NCBI GenBank assembly: GCA_976551045.1
Contig: CDPCPM010000106.1
Location: 23,684,001-23,748,000 of the forward strand
Source: Glaucostegus cemiculus
Lineage: Eukaryota
Length of the DNA: 64,000 nucleotides
Direction of reading: 5' to 3'
The position numbers and the translations under genes are program-made. The notes under the pieces were generated by a model. That model was not told the origin of the DNA. It ran no database searches and saw only the letters and a list, made by a program, of their open reading frames with translations. This document shows, in pieces, positions 52,151-64,000 of this stretch (position 1 is its first letter; every line of letters begins with the position of its first letter).

Positions 52151-55100
52151 ATTCATGCCCTCAATAACAATGATTGAATTTTTCAACAGATGATAATTAT
52201 TATTATGTATGGTTAGTTTTTTAAAACTAACATTTTAATTGCAAGTTTTAAATTTTTGTTTTGCATTGTATGGTATTTTGTGCTACAATTCCTTTAATAC
52301 AATTCTGTACATACGTGTAATGACATTTAACAGAACACTGCCAGGCTTCGAGTAGGCAAGAGCAATCCCAAAAACACCAAGTCTGCTGGGTCGACATCTT
52401 GTATTTTATTTATCTTTAATTTTTGTTAATGTCTCATGAAACCATATTTACAATCATTGAAATGAAAGACAGTGGCAATTACAGTAAAAGTACTATCATC
52501 CAGCACATACCTGACTTGACAGGTAACAGACAATCAAAAATGCTCATTTATCAGGAGTCAGCTTAACCATTCCCTCAGTGCAGTTGCTCCTTCTGAAATG
52601 CCAGTTACTGCAGCCTGCTGGATTTTATGCTGGATAACCACATTTTTACAGTATAACTGAAATTAATGTATATTCTTCCTGGGCTTTTAAAATTAGTGAA
52701 GGAATTGGCAGTCCCAGGAAAATCCCCAGTGGGCAACCTTGTGCAAAGTTGATTTCACTGCAGGTCCTTGCAAAGACTTCCATGTAAAGGCGGGACATGA
52801 CCCTTTTGACCCCGGGAAAAGGTCTATAAACATGCTCAAGAGGCAGCTTGCATAAAACACAATGCAGACAATGTGGCTTCTGTGCTCATGACTGACAGAA
52901 CCTGGAAATCCAGAAGAAGTTTCACAGTACAAGAACGAGCAACAAGTTAAGGGAACAATATCATAAAGCAGCATTACAGGACTGATGTTATCACGAAGGA
53001 AAGTTCAGGTTGTCAAGGCAGCTGTTTCCCTTGCCACATTTCAGTGCCTGAGGTAGTTTGTGCAATGAATGCTGTACTTGCAATGACCCCTGCATCCTTG
53101 CCAACCTCCACAACCTGCAATATAAGTTATGGTCACCGCGTCCATGGTCTATGCCAGAAAACTCCTTTCAACTGACTAATGCCAGATCTGATCTAAATGC
53201 TTTTCATTTTCTTCCCTCTGCTCCACCCCCAGTTGAATCTGTTAAAGTGTTTTACACGAACAACTTTTGACAAGAACTTATGGAGTTAAAACATTCTTTC
53301 TTCTCTCCTTGCTAATTTTCAGATGGAAGCACTCCTCAAAGTCATTGTACAAACTGCTTTCAGAACATCTCATAAATATTAATACACAAAGGGAAAATAT
53401 GCCCTGAGGTCCTTTCAGATATGCCTACAGAATTAATTGTGTCACTTACTTTTTGAAATTGAGTGCACTACCCTTGCAGGGTGAGAGAAAAAAAACATCA
53501 CAACATTGAGAAACAAGTGATGCAAAGCAAATTTATCTGGCTTTAATTAATCACATTTCCATTTATTATCTTGTGGCATCAATGCCAGGACAAGCTGTCA
53601 TAAAATGAGTAAATAGTCTGAGGAATGAACAGAGGAGAACTCAAATTAAATGACTGATTTGGCATCATCTCAAAACATCATTAAAAGAATCGTTAGCGCT
53701 GAACACAAGAAAGTGAGCAGGGTGGTGACTAACAAATCAGTAAAATGTCTGCAGGTAATAATAGCCTGAAAATCTTGGCAACTTTCTTTCACATCAGTCA
53801 TTTACTCACAGCGTGTGGAGCTAAAAAGGCTTGCAATACAATGCAAGGATGAAGCTACATGTCATGTTATTTACCAGCATGTTTCCATGCTCACCATCTG
53901 AAAGTGATATCCCTCAGAATCTTTATACAATTCTAGTAACATGAACCATGTTCAGAATTCCTTGAGTCTTCAAGTTCAGTTAAATATTGCTTATAGTGTA
54001 AGTAAGGGTATTCTTACACTGTTTTACAAGATTTATACCTGTGATTCTTTCACTACGCACCCATAATTTATTCAATTGTTAAAATGTAAGCATAGGTTAG
54101 TGTAGTCATTTCAGTGGCTTCATGCTAAATGTCAAATTCAGGAATGGCATAGTGGAGTTTCTTGTTAGCGGATTAAGATGTAAATTGTTATAAGATACTA
54201 ATGATCTAAAAGGCAAATGTAGATATGCTCAATTATATGTTCAATTGTGCCTAATGATCTAATCTATGGCAAACAGTAAACCCAATATTAAATATGAGGT
54301 TGGCAAATAATAAATATATTCATTTTTTATTCATCAGTTTCATTAACTCTCACTCAGAGATGATTATTTACACTTCCTTACAGGCCCAATACCTTGCTTT
54401 GTTACTTCCTACTTTAAATGTGTTTTTTGTTCCCTCCTCTTTGAACATTTTAAAGGCATTCATCATTTGCAATGCAAGAAGGTGAGTGAGTTATTTCACT
54501 CAGATTTCCCCCAATACTGAACATGAAGCAACCAGACATTAGGTGGCATATGACTGTGGACTACAGTAACTTACCATTTTTCCCATAGTAAAACACCCTG
54601 GTTGGTGAGGTTGACAACACCAGCTCCTTGTAGATAATGCATTGCAGCATCACCACATTATACCAGGGGCAGCAACACTGCTTCAAAGGAGATTTATTAT
54701 CAATGTCTATAGTCACAAGAATACTTTCAAATGCCAAAGGTGAAGAATCACAAGCACACTCACACTGATTCCACCAGGCAAGTCACAAGTTAATACTAAA
54801 CTCACTCTAAGCTAATAACATTAACTTTATTTGCCTCAGCCCTTTCAATTCTTCACCATTTTCCACCACTTAAAGCTATCCTTTGATTTTTAAAGCAACT
54901 TGATAGCTATGCTTATAAATGGAGAAAGAACGTAAGCCTCAGCCAAAGGCAGTGTCAAAGATATGAAGATAGATCCAGCAAATGGATAAATATTACCAGC
55001 ACACCACAAATGAAATTTTCAGAAGAGGTAATGGAATTTTAATGTGGGGCAGGGTTACCTCAAAGGAACTGAATGGATTACTGGTAAGAGTAGTAATACA

Positions 55101-55159
55101 TGCCAGTATTGGAGTCCTTGATTACTGGTATCAGGAAAGGAGGCAAACACCCTTGTGTT

Positions 55160-55505
55160 TCAATACATTCACAGCCAATTAAGTACTTTTTGAGAATGAA
55201 TGGATTACATCCAATTTGCACAGAGCAGGCTCAATAAACAACAATGTGATCAAGTAATCTGGGTAAATAAATATCGGCCATGAATTTTAGGGTACCTCTT
55301 CTCATCTTTTAAACAGTGCCCGGAGATCTTTAATCTATTTCAGAGAGAATTGACAAGCCCTTGTTTTAAATGTCTCCTTAGAAATGTGGCACTTCCAATA
55401 GAACAGCACCTCTCCATCTTGCATTGGACTACAGCCTAGCTATATGGAACGGGACTTGAACCCACAACCTATTGACTCAAAGGCAAGAGAGCAACCAACT
55501 AAGTT
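55160..55505 (-). mobile_element. DeuSINE-like SINE
   Basis: Minus-strand B box GGGTTCAAGTCCC (55451-55463) plus reverse-complement core and tail similar to 29710-30150. Confidence 0.6.
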
Positions 55506-56229
55506 AAAGATGTTACTGGTGAAACAGAGAGAAATAAACAGCTCATTATTCATCAAATAATAAAGCAGCTCCTTCTACCTTACAGAGTGCGTATCCTTGG
55601 CTTGTTAATTTTCCAAGTACTTCTAACAGTGAAACTCAGCAAACAATATTGTCCTTCCAAACTGCTCACACATCACTAAACAACTGGCATCTTGCATCAC
55701 TGACTGCAAGGCTATTCACTGCTCTCCCGAGATTGTTATCACAAAGCATGCTTTCTCTGCCAGTTATAAGGTCTAATATTACTGCATTAGAAATGTACTG
55801 ACGTAAATTTAGGAGCTCTCAGTTCTGAGCCTTAGATTGGGGAGATTTAGCAGATCACATGAAGAATCACATGAGCACTTTCCTACTGAGCTTGCTGCGT
55901 GTCTGGCAAATCCACCACCAGGCTCAGTAGGAAAGTAGTCATATTTAAAAAGATAGAATGTGTCTTGGTCTTACCCTACTGTGAGGTGTCATCCATGGAC
56001 AACAGCCAACTAGGCAGGGTACAACAGGACAGCTGACACCCATAGAGGAAGTCCACAGTAGTGGCCAGTTAGAACTGATGCTGCACATAAGAAAATCCTG
56101 ATGCACAATACCAAAATAATTCAAGATAAAAGACCCTTGACCACTACACATAGTTTCCATAGATGAATTGCATTATTCTGACATTTCTCTTGCTCCCCAA
56201 CGTCAGCAGTCCTCTAGTGTCTTCCTAAC

Positions 56230-56490
56230 CCATGGCCTCTATCACCAGAACAGACAAGGGTTTCAGATGTACAGGGATGCAACCACCTACAGGTTCTCCT
56301 CCAAGTCACATTCCATCGAGATTTGGAAATACTGCTGTTCCTTCTTCAGTGCTGGTTCTAAATCCCAGAACTGCTCACCTAATAGCATTATTGGAGCATC
56401 CACATCAGAAAGGCTGCAGTGGTTCAAGAAGGCAGTTCACAATCTTCTCAAGGGCAATGTGGTTTTGCTAACAATGCTCATATCTTGATA
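56230..56490 (+). mobile_element. 3' end of CR1/L2-group LINE
   Basis: ctgcagtggttcaagaaggcagttcacaatcttctcaagggcaat resembles 59180-59215. Confidence 0.6.
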
Positions 56491-57659
56491 AACAAATTAA
56501 AAGAACAGATATTTGGCATCAACAGAAAATTCTGAAATGTTGGACAGCGACAATCTTTCAACACTGTGTTCAACATACTAATGTGTATGCATATATTGCT
56601 CTGAGGTTACTCTTCTTTTTCTCTAAAATGTCTGCTTTTCATGATATCCCATTAAACCTGTGGAGCTGAGGATGAAGGGCATGGGGACAGCAGTGAGGGA
56701 TGGAATGGACAACCTTCTACTTTGGGCATCCTGATGGGAACTTCTTTTCACATACTACCAACTAATTATTGAAGGAACAAGTATTGCCTACTAAAGTGAT
56801 GGGCATATCATAGAATGGGGAGGAAAGGGAAAACACATCTTAAAATCTCCATCCATGTTTCAGCATTATGCAATGAGGATGAATCAGAGAGAAATCACTT
56901 CCTCCAGCAATAAAATTAACCATTTCATCATCCCTCTGTGATTGATTAATCTATGATTGGGTCTGTGTTGTGGATCTATCTGAACACTATTGTGGCTCAC
57001 TGCAGTAGTGTTGGACTAGATGTGCATATGTTTAACAGCTAAACTAAAAATGATGATGTTGTACAATTGCTCCATTATAGGCTGCCTGTATTTCAATCTC
57101 CAAAGAAACCACACACAATTTTCTTTATCAATGTCTTTCACAGTCATAAGTACACTAATCCTATCTTCTGCATTTGTTGTTACCACATCGTACCTTTTAC
57201 ATAAATGCCTTTTGCTATGTTAGTGACTCCTTTCTTTCCTTCTCATTTAGTAATTGCCTATTTCCCACTACCCCTTCACCTTTCATAAAAGAGCCAGCAT
57301 GGATTTGCAAAGGACAACTCATGTCTGGTATTTGGATGAGTTAACCAATGAATGGTGCACACAGGCGTGTTTACAGATGTTACTTCTAAGGACATTCAAA
57401 GTTCTATTAGAGACATAACAAAAATGAGAGTGCAATGCAATGGCTTGCAATACGGCATTGATAAGAAGGTAAAAAACACTAAAGTTAACGGTTTATGTAT
57501 TCAAATTTATAGTGTGTGATTAGTGTTGTCCAAAGAGGATCTGCACTGGAGCCAGAGCTATTCACTAGTTTTATAAATTATTTGAATAAAAGAAGAAAGA
57601 TCTGTATATCTACATTTGTTGGTGACACCATGAGGCATGATAGATGGTGTAGATGGAAA

Positions 57660-59250
57660 TAAATATTCAGCTGTAATACTGAAGACCTCTGCTCTAGAAC
57701 TAGCAATGACTCCAGCCAATCTATTCCAATACAGATGCAGCACTAGCATCCACCTGGAGATGTGGAAAATTGCCCAGGTACATCCCAAAGCAACAGGTAC
57801 ATAACAAAAAGCAGGACAGACCCATCTAACTAACTCCCTCCCAATGAGCCTGTTGTCAACCATCAGCAAAGTGATGCAAGCTGTTGTTGACAGTGCTGAG
57901 AAGTGAACTACTCACCAATGTCCAGTTGGATTTGGTAGGATCTCTCAGTTCCAGACCTCATCACACTCTGAGGCCAAATGTGGACCAGAGTAGAATTCCA
58001 GAGGTGAGGTGAAAATGGCATCATGGCAACATCTGGCTGATTATGGCATCAAGGCATCCAGCATAGACCCAATGGGCCAAATGGCCTCCATCTATTCCAT
58101 TAGGAAATTTGGAAGGTATCCTGGTAAAACTGAAGGACAAGGGGAATACATTCCAATGGCTAGAATCACACCTGACATAAAAGAAAGATGATTGTAGTTC
58201 CTGGATGTCAATCATGCCAGCCACAGTTCACTGTAGGACTCCTCAGGGCAGGGTCCCAGGCTCAACCATCCTCAGCTGCTTTGTCAGTGACCCTCCTTCT
58301 ATCACAACACCAGAATTGGGGTTGTTCACTGATGACTGTGCAATTTCTATTACATTTACAACTTCTCAGTAAGATCAAGATAACATTCATAACAGGTAAC
58401 ATTCATATATAAAGTGTCAGGGAATGATTATCTCCAACAAGGGATAATCTATTCACCTATCCTTGACATTCTGTGGCGTTACCATTGCTGACTTCCCCAC
58501 CATCAATATCCTAGGGACCACCCACTGAACACTGTGGTGAATAACTCACCATCTGACCCCCAAGGCCTTTTTTTTTAACATCTGCAAGGCAACAAGTCAG
58601 GAACATGACGGAAACCACTCAACTTTGCTGCATGAGTGCAGCACCGACAACTCTCAAGAAGCTCAACAACAATCGGGACAAAGTAGCCTGACCGCTGGTA
58701 CCTGGTGAAGGATCTTCCACCTGTGATGTTAACTGTTTCTTTTTCCATAGATGTAGACTGACTTACTGAGTGTTTCCTGCAGCTTCTGTTTTCATTTCAG
58801 ATTCCCAGTATCTGTGGTTTATTCTGATGTATCGCTCCTTATTGTAATTGGAAAATAGTACTATTTCAATCCTGCTTGTCATCTCTAAGTTTTCAAAAAT
58901 ATCATTAAGCAAGTGGCATCATTTCAACCCTCCACCACCAACACACAGGAGTTGCAATGTGCACCATCTACACGTGCACTGCGGTTACTCTGAGAGCACC
59001 TCTCACACCCTAATCTCCACCAGAAAGATGGGCAAAGATAGCAGGTGCATGGGAGTCCAGCTGCCCCCGCATGTCACCTACCATTCTCAGCTGGAGATGT
59101 ATCACTGGCCCTTTATTTTCACCGAGTCTAATCCTGAAACTCCCTACCTAACAGCACTGTGGGAGCACCTTCACCAAAAAGACTGCAATGGTTCAAAAAC
59201 CTTCTCAAGGGCGTTCAGGGATGGACAATAAACGCTGGCCTCGCCAGATC
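57660..59250 (+). mobile_element. Degenerate CR1/L2-group LINE (RT to 3' tail), interrupted at 58702-58918
   Basis: tggaaaattgcccaggtacatccc, ctcagggcagggtcccagg and ttcactgatgactg (decayed FADD), collinear with 61490-63000. Confidence 0.75.
58702..58918 (+). repeat. Inverted duplicate, copy A (partner 60149-60356)
   Basis: Aligns by eye to the reverse complement of 60149-60356 over its whole length, including about 85 bp outside the Penelope-derived part. Confidence 0.9.
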
Positions 59251-59299
59251 CTGATATTAAATAAAACCCTTTCCCAGGGCACTGCCTGCTTTGGTACTT

Positions 59300-60160
59300 A
59301 CAAACCTCACACCACGCCCCCGTCACAGTGCTATTCCCCACTCCCACATCACCAGCCCCAGTATCACAGTCGCATCCCCTCAGCTTCAAACACTTCTCCC
59401 TTCACCCCTCCCGTCTCCAGCTACCCCCACCCCCTTCCTGTCTGTCCAGTTCCTCTGCAGGCTCCGCGGTGACTGCAATAAATGTCAATGACAGCTGTAC
59501 ATATATAAAAAAAACAAGGCTGTTTCCCTGTCTCGCCCTTTGGAAAGAGGGGGATGTATTTCATTATTTCTAACGCTGAAATCTCTTTTGAAAACAAAAC
59601 GGAAAGGGATTTAAACAAAATCCGCGATTCCGGTTCCCTGTCTCCGCAATAAAATCCGCACATGTTTCAAATACTTTCCGTCTGTGATTCCAAATCAGAC
59701 CTGGGCTTCGCTTTAATTATAAATTGTTCCTTCCATAGACATAACCCTTCCCGCCCACAGATGCAAGAAGCCTCGCCGCCAAATCTACATCAATGCTATT
59801 GCACGTTAATGTAATTTCTGCTGCTTTATGCAGTGATCTGACTGACCTGCCATCTAGAAAGGTCTGCTCCTCTTGCTTGCTTTCTGCTTAAAATCGCATC
59901 GCAGCCTTGATCAGTTGCAGAGAGCGGAAATACATCACACACCGAGCTCAACAGCGGCAGTTCCGTCATTCCCAACCCTGCAGAGGAAGCCTGTGCTAAC
60001 AGGCGACCATTCATCCTCCACCCTCTCGGCGCAGTGCAGCCCGAGTCCTGAATCAGCTTGACACGCTGCAGGGTCAAAGCATCAGGTGCCACATCTCCAG
60101 GACTGTCCTGGAGTCCCTGGGATTTAAGGCAAGCTGTAGGGAAAAAAACGCCACTTGATT
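59300..60160 (-). promoter_or_regulatory. CpG-enriched promoter region
   Basis: Local excess of CpG (ccgcgg, ccgcgattccgg, ccgccc GC-box-like at about 59751, ctcgccgcc, ctcggcgc) against a CpG-depleted background. Confidence 0.55.
59847..60080 (-). other. Probable first exon of C1orf216 (5' end approximate)
   Basis: Strong minus-strand donor CAG|GTCAGT at 59847/59846 inside the only CpG-retaining non-repeat region of the window, correctly oriented upstream of the coding exon. Confidence 0.55.
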
Positions 60161-60356
60161 AATTATATTTTTGAAAACTTAGAGATGACGAGCAGGATTG
60201 AAATGATACTGTTTTCCAATTACAATAAGGGACGATATAGCAAAATAAATGCTGGAAATCTGAAATGAAAACAGAAACTGCAGGAAACACTCAGTAAGTC
60301 AGGCTGCTTCTGTGGAAAAAAAAAGTTAACGTCACAGGTGGAAGCCCCTTCGCTAG
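60149..60356 (-). repeat. Inverted duplicate, copy B (Penelope-derived arm plus flank)
   Basis: Its reverse complement contains cttccacctgtga, ctgacttactgagtgtttcctgcag, cttattgtaattggaaaa and gtcatctctaagttttcaaaaatat, all identical in copy A. Confidence 0.9.
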
Positions 60357-61949
60357 ATAGTGATAATGATAAATGAACAGGTACAACTATGGCAGATGGA
60401 TTTCAATGCATACATCAGTTATGGATAAACAAAAAGTATTACTTAAATGCTGAACAATTAAGAACACGGATGGCCAAAGGAGATTTAATGGATTGTGTAT
60501 CTGGATCACTAAAATGAGCAGCCAAGTTTTAAGAAAAAAATCACCAGAATGTATATGTATGGAAAGACCTGGCTAGATTCCATCTTGAATACAATGTACA
60601 ATTCTGCCCTCTGCACACACACAGGGACTAATTGACCTGGAAGAGACTGACACAACTTTGCAAATATGTATTCAGGGCTCCAAGGTTTAAACTATAAAGA
60701 GATCATATTACCTGTATGAAGCCTGTAGCCTTTGGAGGATAAAAAGTAGAGAGATGCCACTGAGGATTTTAGGATATTTAAAAGAATTGATAGGGTGGAT
60801 AATGTTCCTTCCCCACTAAAATGGTAATCTTAGCTGCAGCACACTCGACAATATACAAAGTATCCACAAGCACAAAAGCATAGACCAGCTACACCATGCG
60901 TATTACAAGCACCTTCTCCTATTCACCATCATGTCTAGTCAACTATCCCCCCACTATCAGGGACCATTCACCATCCTGGGTCAAAATCTATGGTCACAAG
61001 AACCATTAATAAACAAAGCCAATCAGGTATTATAGGATACATGACAGTCCATCAGGCTTCACTTTCTGAGTGTAAGCATAAGTTGAGTCTCAAGCTAAGT
61101 TGTCATGATCATCAAAGAAGGAGGGTCTTCACATGAGCTGCTCATGCAGGGCCAATGATGTCAGAAGCAACAGGTCACATTCTCATTTGTACCAGAGTGG
61201 CTTGGTGAACATTTATACATTGGCTGAATATGCTGTACCTTATCACCAAGTGTACATAAGAATGCCATGTTTTTACAATTGGAAAGAAGGCATGGACCAC
61301 ACCAAGTGAGGGAAATGGGCCCGTCTTCCTTCTGCAGCATAGATTGCACAAATAAATGACTCTCTGATCTGAGGTGTGGACTCATGTGCATGATTCTTTG
61401 TTCCACAACAAGGCAAGTTTTTGAAAGGAAACTAGACAAGTGTGTGAAAGGAAAGAGTCTGCTGGTCTATGGGCAGGTGACAAAGGAGTGCTAAAGAGAA
61501 AGCTGAAGCATTTTCAATAATCTTTAGCCAGATGTGCCGAATGGATGATCTATCTTGGCCTTGTCCAGTGGTTCCCTGCATGATAGATGCTGGCCTTCAG
61601 CCAATTCGATTCACTCCACGTGATGTCAAATAATAGCTAAAGGCATTGGATGCAGTAAAGGCTATGGGTTGTGACAACATTCCCACCATAGTAGTGAAGG
61701 ATTGTGCTCCAGAACTTGCTGCATCCTTGGCCCATCTGTTCTAGTACAGCTACCAAACTGGCATCTACCCAACAGTGTGGAAAATTGACCAGGTATGTCC
61801 CGTCTACAAGAAGCAGGACAAATCCAACCCAGCCAATTACCATTCCATTGGTCTACTCTTGATCATCAGCAAAGTGACAGAAGGGAGAACTGCTAGTTCC
61901 ATCAAGTGGTAGTTGGATTCTACCAAACTCACTCAGCTCTTGACTTCAT

Positions 61950-62461
61950 TGTCATGATTCTGAGTACTGGCCCTTGATTTGGTTTCTTGGATGCCTTGTT
62001 GTACAGCACATGGATTCCATGCTGGACTGATTGCATAATGACACACACCTGAGCCCCATCAGGGCCCTAGCATAAGTATCTGGGTTTCTCTAGCACTAGT
62101 TGCCAGAGGATTGGCCAACCTTGAAGATTTAGTTTAGTTTCTAGCTGCTTAGAGTGGTCTACTCCAGAGCAGTCTTGTGTTCTCTAGTCCTGTTTGAAGA
62201 TTCAGTTTGTGTTGGGATTACTATTCAAATCTCTGAGACAAGATTTCCTTCCAGTGTTGCCTGTGTCCGGTCCTGAGGAAGTATCCTGACTCCAGTCTTG
62301 TACTTCAGTTTGTGTTGGGATTACTACTCAGATCTCCGAGGCAAGATTTTCTTCCAGTGTTGCCTGTGTTTGGTCCTGAGGAAGTATCCTGACTCCAGTC
62401 GTGTACCAGTGTGCTGCATTTGGGTTCTCTGTGAGCTTGCTCTTCAGTCAACATTGTGACA
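61950..62461 (+). mobile_element. Solo LTR (Gypsy-like or ERV-like), 512 bp
   Basis: Termini TGTCA...TGACA, flanked by ttcat (61945-61949) and ctcat (62462-62466). LINE sequence resumes on both sides. Confidence 0.8.
62201..62406 (+). repeat. Tandem duplication, 103 bp x 2, inside the LTR
   Basis: Units 62201-62303 and 62304-62406 both start ttcagtttgtgttgggattacta and end tgtac, with scattered substitutions. Confidence 0.95.
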
Positions 62462-62999
62462 CTCATCATAGTCTTGGTCCAAACATGGACAGAAGAGCTG
62501 CACTCCAGAGGTGATATGAGAGTAACTTCCTTGACATTAAGGCAGCATTTGATTGAGTATGACATCAAGGAACTCTGGCTAAATTGGAGCCAATGGGAAT
62601 CTGGGGAAAACACATCCATTGGATGGAATCATACCTCGTACAAAGGAAGATGGCCATGGCGGTTGGAGGTCAATCACCTGAGCCACAGGATAAATCTGCA
62701 GGAGTTCCTCAGGGTAGTGTCCTTGGCCCAACCATCTCCAGCTGCTTCATCAATGACCTTCCTTCAATCATCAGGTCAGAATTAGGGATATTCACTGATG
62801 ATTGTACAATGTTTGGTACCATTCATGATAAAAATGAAGCAGACAATATCTAAGCCTGGGTTGATAGGGTGCAAGTAACATTTGTAACACACAAGTGCCA
62901 GGCAATGATGATAGCCAACAAGAGGAAATCCAGCTTTCACCCCTAACACTCACTGGTTACCATTGACCAGAAACTGAACTGGAATAGCCACATAAACAA

Positions 63000-63560
63000 T
63001 GATACAATCTTGTTTGACACCAACTTTCATTAGAAGTTGCTCTGTTGTGGATTCATTGGTTAGTAAGACAGGTTGTATGATGCCATGAAGTAAACAAATA
63101 TGCATTTTGTGAACATATAACTTAATGAAATGCATTCTCATTGTGTGCAAATACTATTGCTATTTCTTCAGGGATAAGTCACATTAGTGTGGCAGCTGTC
63201 AGCATCAATGTTTACCCTGCCATGCCTCATCTAGGAAGTTTGCTATTGTCATGCATTTTTATGAGTATGTTTGAAGTTAATCTTGATTGCTTTCCCTTTA
63301 AGAATTGTAAGTTTACTGCTGTAGATCTTATGACAATGAGGTATAAAGATTCATGCTTTGCTGCTGTATCCTCCTGGCAATGATTGCAAATCACCCCAGT
63401 GATAAGTTGATTCTTATCTTGGAATTCTTTTCTCCTGTTTGTTCTGCTCTTATTCTAGTTGTCATGGCCACCTCTAGAGGTAGAGGAATATGAGAGAGGT
63501 CGTAAGGTGAGATGGAGTATTGCTCTATTGTGCCCCCTTTCCAGAGACCCCTGTTTCATG
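63000..63560 (-). mobile_element. Degenerate RTE-like LINE RT fragment
   Basis: ORF 62950-63150 contains KVGVKQDCII, similar to the RTE motif GVKQGCVL. Confidence 0.45.
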
Positions 63561-64000
63561 AAGGATTGAAAGGGACAAGGTTAGATGAGTAAGCTTCAAT
63601 GAAAAGTGATGGCTTGTGCAGGGAAATATGACACAACATTGATCAAATTGAACTGTTGAGGGCTGTGGGTTTTTAAAGCTGATGCTCAACAGTTGTGCTC
63701 CATTCTGCCCTTTTTTAAGTTCTGTTTATTATTTTTTTTCCACATCTGTGTTGTGTTGTGCTTTGCCCTGCCTTGTCTTGTAAGCAGACAGCATATGGAG
63801 TGACCATCAAATATCAACCATGCATCTTTGCTGGTATGAGAATATTTGAAGATTCTTCATATGGATAGGATTGTGTCATCTTCATTAAAGGGCTCCCACA
63901 TACAAACAGTATTGCAATGGACATCCAGGTTGGTGCGGTGTTAATGAACCATCACCACCTACAGCATGAGCACTGTGTGTGATACAAAGTAAATCAAGAA

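Larger units (their letters stand above)
61490..63000 (+). mobile_element. CR1/L2-group LINE RT region, split by a solo LTR
   Basis: ORF 62584-62853 contains GVPQGSVLGPTISSCFINDLP..IFTDDCTMF, and WKIDQVCPVYKKQDKSNPANY is encoded at about 61778-61840. Confidence 0.9.

Noticed and set aside
52511-52592. Additional C1orf216 5' exon with donor CAG|GTATGT
   Set aside because: The donor is strong but the nearest acceptor has a poor pyrimidine tract. It cannot be excluded without RNA data.
58919-60148. Segment as a TIR transposon or a completed inversion
   Set aside because: The LINE interrupted at 58702 continues in the same orientation inside the segment, and there is no TSD or transposase.

Overview
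AT-rich, CpG-depleted vertebrate genomic DNA. The repeat content (CR1 LINE 3' ends with (TTCTATG)n tails, V-SINE-like and DeuSINE-like tRNA-headed SINEs, palindromic Penelope-derived repeats) points to a cartilaginous fish (shark or ray). I can support only one protein-coding gene: a C1orf216 (UPF0500/DUF4653) orthologue on the minus strand. It has a single coding exon (46440-47264), a probable poly(A) signal at about 44771, a candidate 57-nt upstream exon (48280-48336) and a probable CpG-rich first exon/promoter at about 59300-60160. The rest is intergenic or intronic DNA full of decayed, often nested transposons, and almost all other ORFs in the track are LINE fragments or chance ORFs. Most notable: (1) a near-intact minimal type I hammerhead ribozyme motif in a Penelope-derived repeat (445-478, minus); (2) a ~210-bp inverted duplication flanking the C1orf216 promoter with strongly asymmetric CpG decay; (3) a solo LTR with a target-site duplication and an internal 103-bp tandem duplication, inserted in a LINE; (4) convergent remnants of a Harbinger Myb-like gene and nuclease; (5) a possible spliced uORF overlapping the C1orf216 start. 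I cannot demonstrate a new biological system. All family assignments come from remembered consensus motifs, not database searches, and repeat boundaries are approximate.
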